Positions 55,437-64,000 of a DNA stretch of 64,000 nucleotides are shown in pieces. The position numbers and the translations under genes were made by a program. The notes below the pieces were generated by a model. It was not told where the DNA came from. It did not search any database and saw only the letters and a program-made list of their open reading frames with translations. Within the stretch, counting starts at the first letter, position 1. Each line of letters starts with the position of its first letter. Source of the stretch: an uncultured Haloferula sp. (GTDB lineage Bacteria; Verrucomicrobiota; Verrucomicrobiia; Verrucomicrobiales; Akkermansiaceae); NCBI GenBank assembly GCA_965652295.1, contig CBFGTS010000001.1, forward strand, positions 256,001-320,000, given 5' to 3'.

Positions 55437-57998
55437 GTGCGTTTGCCGGTTTTTGAGATCGAGGAGGAACTGAAGGCTGCGGTGGCTGGGGGCGACCGGG
55501 TGAGGGTGTTGCTGAAGGCCCCGACGGGGTCGGGGAAATCGACGGCGGTGCCGGGAATGATCCGGGACGCGGGGCTGGAGGGGACGATCCTGGTGATCGA
55601 GCCGCGGCGGATGGCGGCGCGGCTGCTGGCGGGATGGGTGGCGAAGCAGCGCGGGAGTTCGGTCGGTGGGGAAGTGGGTTATGCGGTGCGTTTCGATACG
55701 AAGTATGGCCGGGAGACGAAGATCGTGTTCCTGACCGATGGGGTGTTCCAGCGGTGGATCCAGGACGACCCGGAGCTGAGGGGCGTGTCGGCGGTGGTGT
55801 TCGATGAATTCCACGAGCGGCGGCTGGCGGTGGATGTGGCGTTGGGGAGGTGCCTTGAGTTGCAGGAGAAGTCCCGCAGGGATCTGGCGGTGGTGGTGAT
55901 GTCAGCGACGCTGGAGACGGCCGGGTTGGCGGAGTATTTGGGGGAAACGCGGCGGGTGTTGGAAGCAGGTGGGCGGACGTATCCGGTGGAGATCGGGTAT
56001 CGGCCGTCGAAGCCGGTGAGGGATCGGATGGGGCGGATGGTGGAGCCGCCGGTGTGGGAGCAGGTGGCGGCGGCGTGCCGGGAGGCGCTGGCGGACGCGG
56101 AGTGTGGCGACGTGCTGTGTTTTCTGCCGGGGATGCACGAGATTCGGAAAACGGAGGAGCTGCTGCGGAATGCTTCGTGGACGCGCGGGCGGGAGATCTA
56201 CCCCTTGCATAGTAGTTTGCCGCCGGCGGCGCAGGAGGCGGCGGTGTCATCGGGCGGCCCACCGAAGATCATCGTTTCAACCAACGTGGCGGAGACCTCG
56301 CTGACGATCGAGGGCGTGCGGACGGTGATCGATGCGGGGCTTGCGCGGGTGTCGGGTTTCGACGCGCGACGGGGAATCGGGACGCTGCTGGTGAAGAAGA
56401 TTTCGCGGGCGGCGGCGGACCAGCGGGCGGGTCGCGCGGGGCGGACGGCTCCGGGGCGGTGCTTCCGGCTGTGGAGCGCGGCGGATCATGCGCGGCGCGA
56501 AGGCTTCGAGGTGCCGGAGGTGCACCGGGTGGATCTTTCGGAAACGACGCTGCTGCTGAAGGCGAGCGGGGTGGAGGATGTGGCGGAGTTCCGCTGGTTG
56601 GATGCGCCGCGACCCGACGCGTTGGAGCGGGCGGAAAGCCTTCTTCACGGACTGGGGGCGACGGATTTGCACGGGAGGCTCACGGAGGAGGGTCGGGCGA
56701 TGGCTTCGCTGCCGCTGGAGCCGCGGTTCGCACGGCTGATGATGGCGGGGGTGGAGCATGGCTGCGTGGCGGAGATGGCCTTCGTTTGCGCGGCGGTGCA
56801 GGGCGAGGGGATCTGGGTGGGGAAGTGTGGGATCGGGATGAAGGATTTCGTGGAAGTACGGGATTACTCGGATTTCCAAGCGGAGTGGCGCGGGTTCGGC
56901 TCGGCGGAGGCGATGCAGTTCGACCCGCGGCGGGTGTCGCAGCTCGGCATCCACGGCCGGGGCGCGCGGGAGGTGGCGCAGGGGTTCGAGCGGCTGAAAC
57001 GGCTGGCCTTGCAACGTGGCTGGCCGGTAGAGGCGGTGAATTTCGAGGGAAAGAAGGACGCGGTGGGGAAGGCGATGCTGGCGGGCTTCAGCGACCGGCT
57101 GGGCGTGCGTTTCGGTGAGGCGACCCTGGCGTGCCGGATGGTGGGGAACCGCCGCGGCAAGCTGGACGAGCACAGCGCGGCGAAGCGGGCGACGGCCTTC
57201 GTGGCGGCGGAAATGACGGAAGTGGAGGGCCGCGAAGTGATCACCCACCTGAAACGGGCGACTGCGGTGGAGCTGGAGTGGCTGCGCGAGCTGTTCCCGG
57301 AGGATTTGGCGGAGGTGGACGAAGCGGCCTGGGACGATACGCGGCGGCGGGTGGTGGGCCGGAAGCAGCTGCGTTTCCGCGATCTGGTGTTGGAGAGCAA
57401 GGACGTCGATCAGAACGTGAACCTGGACGCGGCGGCGGAACTGCTGGCGGAGCGGGTGCTGTCGGGTGAGCTGGTTTTGAAGAAATGGGACGCGGCGGTG
57501 GAGCAGTGGTGCGCACGGCTGGCCTGTCTTTCCGAATGGATGCCGGAGCTGGAGCTGCCGACGTGGACGGATGAGGACAAGGCGGCTGCGGTGGCTCAGA
57601 TCTGCCACGGGGCGGTGAGCTACAAGGAGATCAAGGAACGTCCGGTGTGGCCGGTCCTGAAGGATTGGCTGAGCGCCCCGCAGCAGGCGGCGCTGGAGGC
57701 ATACGCACCGGAACGGCTGAAGCTGGCGAACGGGCAGACCCCGAAGGTGACCTACGAGGCGGGGCAGGACGCGCGGATCGGGCTGCGGGTGCGGGATCTC
57801 TTCGGGGTGTGGGAAACGCCGCGGATCGCCGGCGGGAAGGTGCCGGTGCTGGTCCACGTGCAGGCTCCGAACCAGCGGCCGTGGCAGATGACGAAGGATC
57901 TGGAAAGTTTCTGGAAGAGCGGCTACGCGCAGATGCGCAAAGATTTGGCGGGGCGGTACCCGAAGCACCCGTGGCCGGAGGATCCGCGGGCGCGGTGA
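55437..57998 (+). CDS. hrpB: ATP-dependent helicase HrpB
   Basis: APTGSGKST, DEFHER, MSAT, STNVAETSLTI, QRAGRAGR, GRYPKHPWP. Confidence 0.95.
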   Translation: MRLPVFEIEEELKAAVAGGDRVRVLLKAPTGSGKSTAVPGMIRDAGLEGTILVIEPRRMAARLLAGWVAKQRGSSVGGEVGYAVRFDTKYGRETKIVFLTDGVFQRWIQDDPELRGVSAVVFDEFHERRLAVDVALGRCLELQEKSRRDLAVVVMSATLETAGLAEYLGETRRVLEAGGRTYPVEIGYRPSKPVRDRMGRMVEPPVWEQVAAACREALADAECGDVLCFLPGMHEIRKTEELLRNASWTRGREIYPLHSSLPPAAQEAAVSSGGPPKIIVSTNVAETSLTIEGVRTVIDAGLARVSGFDARRGIGTLLVKKISRAAADQRAGRAGRTAPGRCFRLWSAADHARREGFEVPEVHRVDLSETTLLLKASGVEDVAEFRWLDAPRPDALERAESLLHGLGATDLHGRLTEEGRAMASLPLEPRFARLMMAGVEHGCVAEMAFVCAAVQGEGIWVGKCGIGMKDFVEVRDYSDFQAEWRGFGSAEAMQFDPRRVSQLGIHGRGAREVAQGFERLKRLALQRGWPVEAVNFEGKKDAVGKAMLAGFSDRLGVRFGEATLACRMVGNRRGKLDEHSAAKRATAFVAAEMTEVEGREVITHLKRATAVELEWLRELFPEDLAEVDEAAWDDTRRRVVGRKQLRFRDLVLESKDVDQNVNLDAAAELLAERVLSGELVLKKWDAAVEQWCARLACLSEWMPELELPTWTDEDKAAAVAQICHGAVSYKEIKERPVWPVLKDWLSAPQQAALEAYAPERLKLANGQTPKVTYEAGQDARIGLRVRDLFGVWETPRIAGGKVPVLVHVQAPNQRPWQMTKDLESFWKSGYAQMRKDLAGRYPKHPWPEDPRAR

Positions 57999-58008
57999 GG
58001 GCTGGCTT

Positions 58009-59220
58009 TCACGAAGCGTAGGCGTCGCGGTAGCGCAGGACGGGATCGCCGGGGGCGTGGGGATGGCAGATGCGCTCGATCATTTCGTCCCAGTCGTCGT
58101 GACCTTCGAGGATATCGACCTCGATCCGCAGGAACCAGATCGGCACGGCGGGATCGGTGGGGCGCGGGAAACGGACGGCGTCCTTTTCGGTGGTGAGGAT
58201 CATTTCCATGTCGCGCTCGACGCAGCGGGTCATGAAGGCGTCGATCTCCTTGCGGGTGAAACGGTAGTGGTCGGGGAAATGGCGGCGGATCTCGACGTGA
58301 GCGCCGAGGTTTTCGAGGCTGCGCTCGAAGCTCTCCGGAACGGCGATGCCCGAGATGGCGGCCACCCATTTGTCCTGCAGGTAGCCCAGCTCTTCGCGGC
58401 GGCCGGTGAAGAGCTCCTCAAGATAGCGCGGCCCGTGGGTGCACTGGATGATCGGTGCGTGCCGGTTGTGGCGGCGGATTTCCTCGATCAGGCCGTCGTT
58501 CGGTGAGCCATCGCATTTGGTGAGGAGGATGTACGAGGCGCGGATGAGGTTGGCGGGGGGCTCGCGCAGGGTGCCGCGGGGCAAAAGATGGCCGGTGCCG
58601 TAGGGCGCGGTGCGATCGATGAGGACGATGTCGTTGCCGTGGGCGAGGCGCAGGTATTGCAGGCCGTCATCGAGGACGAGGGTGTCGGCCCCGAGGTGTT
58701 TCACGGCAAAGCGCCCGCCCTTGACGCGATCCTTGTCCACCACGACGGAGACTCCGTCGAGGTTACGAGCGAGCATGAACGGCTCGTCGCCGGCGTATTT
58801 GGAGTCGAGCAGCAGCGCGCGACCGTCCGAAACGACCTTGGGCATGTCCTCCTCCGGCACTGGCTCGCCGGCGGCGTTCTTCCATTTCTGGGTCTCCTTG
58901 AGTTTGCGGCTTTTGTAGCCGCGGGAAAGGATGGCGACCTTGCGGCCACGCTCGCGCAGGGTTTTGGCGAGCATTTCGGTGACGGGGGTCTTGCCGGTGC
59001 CTCCGACGGTGATGTTGCCGATGGAAATGACCTGCGTGCCGAGGTGGGCCTGCTGCTTCCAGCGTTTGCGGAAAATCGTGAGCCGCAGGGCGACGATGCC
59101 GCGCATCAGGACGGAGAGCACGCTCATGGCGAGGCGCATCATGCCGGCACGAAAACCGCGGGCGCGGCCGAAGATGACATCGGCGCCCCAGCGTTCGAGT
59201 TCGGCAAGGTTTTCCTTCAT
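58009..59220 (-). CDS. lpxK: Tetraacyldisaccharide 4'-kinase
   Basis: [47 protein letters not shown]. Confidence 0.95.
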   Translation of the reverse strand: MKENLAELERWGADVIFGRARGFRAGMMRLAMSVLSVLMRGIVALRLTIFRKRWKQQAHLGTQVISIGNITVGGTGKTPVTEMLAKTLRERGRKVAILSRGYKSRKLKETQKWKNAAGEPVPEEDMPKVVSDGRALLLDSKYAGDEPFMLARNLDGVSVVVDKDRVKGGRFAVKHLGADTLVLDDGLQYLRLAHGNDIVLIDRTAPYGTGHLLPRGTLREPPANLIRASYILLTKCDGSPNDGLIEEIRRHNRHAPIIQCTHGPRYLEELFTGRREELGYLQDKWVAAISGIAVPESFERSLENLGAHVEIRRHFPDHYRFTRKEIDAFMTRCVERDMEMILTTEKDAVRFPRPTDPAVPIWFLRIEVDILEGHDDWDEMIERICHPHAPGDPVLRYRDAYAS

Positions 59221-59235
59221 GCGGTGGACGCCAAG

Positions 59236-59267
59236 GATTCACCGCCAAGACGCGGAGGTCGCCAAGG
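59236..59267. repeat. Dispersed 32-nt repeat with 9-nt internal period (copy 2)
   Basis: GATTCACCGCCAAGACGCGGAGGTCGCCAAGG; matches the reverse complement of 18299-18330. Confidence 0.6.
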
Positions 59268-59310
59268 AAAGAAAGATGCCGCGCAGCGAACAACGCACCG
59301 CGCGGCATCA
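59268..59310 (-). terminator. Probable intrinsic terminator after the large secreted protein
   Basis: GATGCCGCGC...GCGCGGCATC stem followed on the minus strand by TTTCTTT. Confidence 0.6.
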
Positions 59311-59335
59311 ACCCCGGCCGAACACACCCGTGAAA

Positions 59336-62269
59336 TCAGGGACGGACGGCGCGGAGCCGCCCGAAAAGTTTGCCATCCTCGGCGAGGGTTCGCGGCAGGG
59401 TCACGGTGATGGTTTCCAAGCCGGAAGAGGGAGTGTCGGGGACGACGGTCACAGATTCTCCGCTGGTGGCGGGGATGGCGATGCTGGTCCAGGCACCGAG
59501 ATCGGCGCTGTATTCGAATGTCTGGGTGGTGTCGGCCTTCGATTCGGTCCGGCGGATGAAGGTCAGGACGTAGTTGGAAGGCTCAAGGTCCACCGTCGGC
59601 AGGACGGAGTCGTTTCCGGAGGTCGGATCGCCATTCAGGATGTACTCCAGCAGGTTGGTCAGGCCGTCCTGATCCGGATCGGCATCGGGGTCGCCATCGG
59701 AGATCGCAGGGAAGCCCGCGAGCCATGAGCTGTATCCGCCCTCGCCCGCTTCGTAGTGAAGGACGAGATCGTTTCCGCTCGCTTCCAGGGACCAGGTGCC
59801 GGTGCCGGGGAAGTTCGAGGTGGCGACCTGCCAGTTGTCCGCGGTCAGGCCCGCGGGGGTGGAGGAGGCGGTGGCGATGACGAAGGTCTGGGCGCTTTCG
59901 CTGAAGTTGGCGATGCCGGAGCCATCGATCTGGATGGTCAGCTTGGAGCCGGTGGTGGACGAAATCGCGAGGCTATCGAAGTTCGCGGTGTCGTAGCCGG
60001 TGCCCGCGGCTCCGGTCCAGTCCCCGATCTGGATGCCCAGCGACGAGCCCGGGAGCAGGGCCAGCGCGGCGGTCCCGGTGGCGGTGCCGATGCCATCACC
60101 GGGGGCGAGGGTGCCTTCGATGGAAACGTCGCCCAAGGTGTTGAGATTGCCGGTCAGAGTGGCGCCGGCCGCGACCTGGAGTGGAGTGGCGTCGAGGGAG
60201 CCGTTGGCGGCGAGGGTGCCTTCCTCCACCACGGTGGCACCGAGGTAATCGGAATTGCCGCTGAGAGTGAGGGTGCCGGTTCCGGTTTTGACCAGCCCAC
60301 CCGCGGCACCGTCGTCGAGATCGGAGGCGGTGAGGATGTGGGTGAACCCGGGGGCGGGGTCGTCCGTGCCTCCGCCGATGAACGAGATGGAGAGTTCATC
60401 TCCTTCCTGATAGTCCTCGCCGGGATTGGTGATGGTGATGCCGGTGACGACACCGTTTTCCACCTCAGCCACGGCGAATGCGTCGAAGCCGACGCCGTCT
60501 GTTTCGATCCGCACCACGGGCGGGGTGAGATAGCCGGTGCCGCCGGCGGCGACGCTGAGGGTGCCATCGGAGAAATCGACTCCGTTGGCGAAAGGCCGGA
60601 AGATGTCGGCCTCGATGGAGGCGTTGAAGCCGTTGGTATCGACCCGGAGGCCGCCGCGGCGAGTGACGGTCTGGAGTCCGCTTTTCACGAGGACGACGCC
60701 ATCGCGGCCGGCTTGGAGGGTGCCGCCGTTGGCATTGAAGAAGCCGGCACCGCCGCCTTTGTAGATCGAGCCATGGAGAAGGATGGTGCCGTTGTTGAGG
60801 TTGAGGTGACCTTGGGCACCGCCGGTTCCTCCGACGATGATGGAACCGTCGCCGTCGTCGGGGCGCAGGCCGTTGAGGACGGCGTCGCCGCCGGCGAGGG
60901 TTCCGACGTTGATGACGGCGGTTGAGCCGGAGCGATCACCGACGATCAGGCGCCAGTTGGCGGTGACGGTGGCGGAGCCTCCGAGGAAAGTGGCCACGCC
61001 GGTGGAGTTGTCTCCTCCGACGGCGAACCAGCGGTTGGAGGTCAGGTCGCCGCCGGTTTGGATCAGGTTGCCGGTTCCGTTGAGGCCCAGGCGGATGCCG
61101 GAATCGGCACCCGTGACCACGCTGCCGCCGGAGAGCTCGAGGGCGCCGAAGGAATCGGTACCATTGGCGATGGAGAGGTAGCCCCCGCCGGAGGCGTAGG
61201 TGGAAGAACCGCCGCTCTGGCGGATGATGCCCACGGCGTCCTGACCGGTGCCGATACCGGGGTTGCCTCCGAAGACGATGGTGCTGTCTCCCGCTTGTTC
61301 CAGCACGGCGGTGCCGGAGGGAACGGCGAGTTCGAGGTTTCCGAGTACGGTCCGGGTGGCGGTCCCGATGTAGGACAAGGTGCCCTCGCGGACAAAGGTG
61401 GGCCCGGCATAGGTGCTGTCGCCGGTGAGTTCGATCTCGGAGGGACCTGTTTTCACCAGGCTGCCCGCGCCGGCAAGGGTCGAGGCGATGGTGGCGTCTT
61501 CGTTGGCGCGGAGGCGGCTCACGCCCACCAGCGTCAGGGTGTCGCTCTGGATTGAATAACCCGGTGCGTCGAACTGGAGTACGCGGGCGTTGATCGGCTC
61601 GGTGAGTGTCACCGTGGTCGGGCTCCCGGCACCGAACAGGGCGCGGGCCAGGATGGTGGAGTCCCAGGTGGCTGGAGCACCGTTGTCCCAGTTCTGGGAA
61701 GTGGTGTTCCATTCGGTGTCGGAGGCACCGGTCCAAACGAAGTCGATCGGAGCGGGCGTGGCGGGAAGTTCGAAGTCGGCGGTGTAAGTGCCGCGGGTTT
61801 CGGGAACCGCCGCGGCGAGGACGTTGTCGAGCAACGTCCAGGTTGCGCCGTCGGCGCTGCCTTCGAGGGTCCAGCTTATCGGGTCGCGGTCGATCGCGTC
61901 ATTGGCGGTCGCGAAGTAGTAGCCATCGACCGTGGTGGTGGCACCGAAGTCGATGACGAGGACGGATTTGTTGAAGTCGAGCCACTTGGTGCCGGTGTCG
62001 CCATCCACGAGGTTGACGGGGCCTTCCGCGTCGGGAGAACGCCCGCCGGGGTTGGTCACGGTGGCGGTGGCCATGTCGACATCGCCGCCCGATCCGGTGT
62101 AGAAACCGAATTCGGAAAGCTGGATGCTGTTCGAGGTGGCGTCGTTCCTGAGCTGGGTGGGAGTGAACCGGTAGTAGCGGTAATCGGCGCCGTGGCTGAA
62201 AAGAGCGATGCAGGGAAAGAGGTACAACAGGGTTGTGGGTCTCAAGGAGTGGAAGCGAATGGGGATCAT
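59336..62269 (-). CDS. Large secreted protein: discoidin/F5-8-like N-domain, autotransporter-associated beta-strand repeats, Verrucomicrobia-type C-terminal domain
   Basis: [18 protein letters not shown] (F5/8-like); LVKTGxGxLxLxGxxxYxGxTxVxEGTL repeats; [15 protein letters not shown]...FGRLRAVRP terminus. Confidence 0.8.
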   Translation of the reverse strand: MIPIRFHSLRPTTLLYLFPCIALFSHGADYRYYRFTPTQLRNDATSNSIQLSEFGFYTGSGGDVDMATATVTNPGGRSPDAEGPVNLVDGDTGTKWLDFNKSVLVIDFGATTTVDGYYFATANDAIDRDPISWTLEGSADGATWTLLDNVLAAAVPETRGTYTADFELPATPAPIDFVWTGASDTEWNTTSQNWDNGAPATWDSTILARALFGAGSPTTVTLTEPINARVLQFDAPGYSIQSDTLTLVGVSRLRANEDATIASTLAGAGSLVKTGPSEIELTGDSTYAGPTFVREGTLSYIGTATRTVLGNLELAVPSGTAVLEQAGDSTIVFGGNPGIGTGQDAVGIIRQSGGSSTYASGGGYLSIANGTDSFGALELSGGSVVTGADSGIRLGLNGTGNLIQTGGDLTSNRWFAVGGDNSTGVATFLGGSATVTANWRLIVGDRSGSTAVINVGTLAGGDAVLNGLRPDDGDGSIIVGGTGGAQGHLNLNNGTILLHGSIYKGGGAGFFNANGGTLQAGRDGVVLVKSGLQTVTRRGGLRVDTNGFNASIEADIFRPFANGVDFSDGTLSVAAGGTGYLTPPVVRIETDGVGFDAFAVAEVENGVVTGITITNPGEDYQEGDELSISFIGGGTDDPAPGFTHILTASDLDDGAAGGLVKTGTGTLTLSGNSDYLGATVVEEGTLAANGSLDATPLQVAAGATLTGNLNTLGDVSIEGTLAPGDGIGTATGTAALALLPGSSLGIQIGDWTGAAGTGYDTANFDSLAISSTTGSKLTIQIDGSGIANFSESAQTFVIATASSTPAGLTADNWQVATSNFPGTGTWSLEASGNDLVLHYEAGEGGYSSWLAGFPAISDGDPDADPDQDGLTNLLEYILNGDPTSGNDSVLPTVDLEPSNYVLTFIRRTESKADTTQTFEYSADLGAWTSIAIPATSGESVTVVPDTPSSGLETITVTLPRTLAEDGKLFGRLRAVRP

Positions 62270-62297
62270 GGTGGGTTGGTTCGGGAGATGTTGGGAA

Positions 62298-63716
62298 TCA
62301 GCGCTGAGCCGGATTTTCCGGCTGAGGGGGATAATCGACGCTACGGGCGTGGATCTCGGTCAGTGCGAGGTCACCGCCCTCATCATTCTCCACGGTCAAA
62401 GAGACCGGCGTGGCCGACGAGGAGGTGGTCAGGCTGGCGAGCTGCCTGCCTTGAAGGTTGGGCCCCTCGTGGATTGTGAGGTGCCTATTGGCGGGGTCGA
62501 AGCGCAGGGTTAAGGCGTGGTTCTCCAGCGCGGAGATTTCAAGCAGCTCGGATTCGTCGCCGGATGCTCCGTCCTGAAGCCGCCAGCGGTGCTCTTCCGT
62601 CGCCCGGGCGATCAGCGAGAAAATCGGCGAGCCCTGGTGGTCCCACAACCGGACGATTTCCCGGCCTTCCAAACGGGACGCTTTGTCGGAGATCTGGGTC
62701 GGCTCCGTCGTGCCGAGCGAGATGATGAAGATGCGCTGGCCGTTTCCCTCGGATTGCCGGCGGAAGGGGGCGCTGAGCGTGCGGTAGCCGCCGGAGGTGT
62801 CGAGAGCGCCGTTGCGGATGTAGGTCGGCCGGGCTTCGCGCAAGGCCATCCACGGATAGCCGACGTCCGGTCGTTTCCCACTGAATGGGGTTCCGGCGGG
62901 GTCATCGAAGTCATCGGCGAACAAGGTGGTTTCCGAAGGGAGTTCCGTCCGAAACCGGTTGAGTTCCGCTTGGAGGGGAATCACCGGGCCTTTGTCCGTC
63001 CAGCGGGCCGCTTCGCCATCCACGAGCAAAGTCGGCGCTTTCTCGCCGAGCCGTACTTCCACCTTGCCTTGGGCGACGTGGACCTCCCCTTTTCCTCCGG
63101 GGGATGCGGCGATGCCGTAACGCGTGCCGAGATGGCGGATCGACGCTCCGGAAACGATCGCATGGAAGTCCGGTGCTGAGGATTTGACGTCCACCCAGCC
63201 ACGGCCGGAAAGGAGTTCGAAACTGCCATCGGATTCGAGGAGCACGACTTCCGCGGGGCTCTCGAGGAAAAGTTCGGTGGCGGAGTTGATCCGCGCGGAC
63301 ACCATGCCGCTCTGGACGGTGAGCTTCTGGTCCGGTTGCAGGACGAGTTCGGCGGATGGCTCGCCATCGATGGTGAAGCGGGCATCGGCGGATGTCGTCA
63401 GACTCACGTCCGGCCTCTGGACCCGGGTCACCAACATGGTGGCGAAAAGCAGCAGCAGGATGGCGGCCGCGGCGGCCAGCGAGAACGTCCACGGGTGTCC
63501 TTCATACCGTTTTTCCGACCAGCGGCGGTGGGACATCGCCTGCCGAGGTGAGCTGAACCGTTCGACGAGAAGCTGATCGGTACAACTAAGGTCATAGTAG
63601 CGTTGCCGCGCTTCGGGGCTGGCGTGCAGCTCCGCTTGCAGCCGTTCGAAGTCGCCGTGGCCGATCGTGCCATCAAGCAATTCGTGGATCAGCCCGTCGA
63701 TTTCTTCGGCATTCAT
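62298..63716 (-). CDS. FecR-like anti-sigma factor with extracytoplasmic C-terminal domain
   Basis: N-terminal LLDG...EARQRYY anti-sigma region, one TM, HLGTRYGI and VHVAQGKVEV FecR motifs. Confidence 0.82.
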   Translation of the reverse strand: MNAEEIDGLIHELLDGTIGHGDFERLQAELHASPEARQRYYDLSCTDQLLVERFSSPRQAMSHRRWSEKRYEGHPWTFSLAAAAAILLLLFATMLVTRVQRPDVSLTTSADARFTIDGEPSAELVLQPDQKLTVQSGMVSARINSATELFLESPAEVVLLESDGSFELLSGRGWVDVKSSAPDFHAIVSGASIRHLGTRYGIAASPGGKGEVHVAQGKVEVRLGEKAPTLLVDGEAARWTDKGPVIPLQAELNRFRTELPSETTLFADDFDDPAGTPFSGKRPDVGYPWMALREARPTYIRNGALDTSGGYRTLSAPFRRQSEGNGQRIFIISLGTTEPTQISDKASRLEGREIVRLWDHQGSPIFSLIARATEEHRWRLQDGASGDESELLEISALENHALTLRFDPANRHLTIHEGPNLQGRQLASLTTSSSATPVSLTVENDEGGDLALTEIHARSVDYPPQPENPAQR

Positions 63717-64000
63717 GACGATGGGTGGAGCTGGCGCTCGATGCAGGTGCGGAGGGACGCCCGAAGCTGGTGGAGCCTTGCTTTGAGCGTGCCGATGCTG
63801 CGGTGGGTGGCGGAGGCGAGGATCTCAAGCGGCTCGTCTGACCAGTAGCGGTGACGCAGCAATTCGAGGTCTTTCGGGGTCAGCTTGGTGATGCAGTGGG
63901 AAAGGGCGTGGCGGCGCTCCGGGAGCTGGTCGGCGACGACCTCGAACTCCTCCGCGAAGCGTTCCAGCAGCTTGTTGTCGAACGCAACCGTGCGGGACCG
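63713..64000 (-). CDS. ECF sigma-70 factor, C-terminal part (runs off window end; absent from ORF track)
   Basis: Manual translation ...ALSHCITKLTPKDLELLRHRY...LASATHRSIGTLKARLHQLRASLRTCIE (region 4); ATGA overlap with the FecR-like gene. Confidence 0.85.
   Translation of the reverse strand, partial: RSRTVAFDNKLLERFAEEFEVVADQLPERRHALSHCITKLTPKDLELLRHRYWSDEPLEILASATHRSIGTLKARLHQLRASLRTCIERQLHPSS

Overview
High-GC bacterial chromosome window. Gene content (PEP-CTERM protein, SHD1-like proteins, ECF/FecR pair, barrel-less autotransporter-repeat protein, rpoB/rpoC sequence style) points to Verrucomicrobiota, probably Haloferula/Luteolibacter-like (inference). The core is tRNA-Thr-tuf-tRNA-Trp-secE-nusG-rplKAJL-rpoBC plus rdgB, trmD, queD, ilvD, phoH, htpG, hrpB and lpxK. 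The main accessory block (about 6.9-19.5 kb) is a divergent, apparently complete succinate/methylmalonyl-CoA/propionate cluster. It has a CoA transferase, a Na+-translocating decarboxylase (alpha, delta, BCCP, beta), epimerase, heterodimeric B12 mutase, an unknown ORF and meaB, with a DASS transporter nearby. The most interesting observations are: (1) a lysine-less biotinyl/lipoyl-like domain inserted in the Na+-pump beta subunit; (2) two densely structured leaders of about 150-220 nt in the divergent intergenic region that share an 11-nt hairpin and lack a B12-box; (3) sigma54-like motifs before several stress/envelope genes, three at near-leaderless spacing; (4) SD-less, -3 purine start contexts with rplL as the strong-SD exception behind a structured spacer; (5) a REP-flanked toxin-antitoxin module whose toxin has an internal deletion; (6) dispersed 9-nt-period repeats. 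No CRISPR array, rRNA, transposase or integrase was seen. All calls are by eye, with no database search or folding run.
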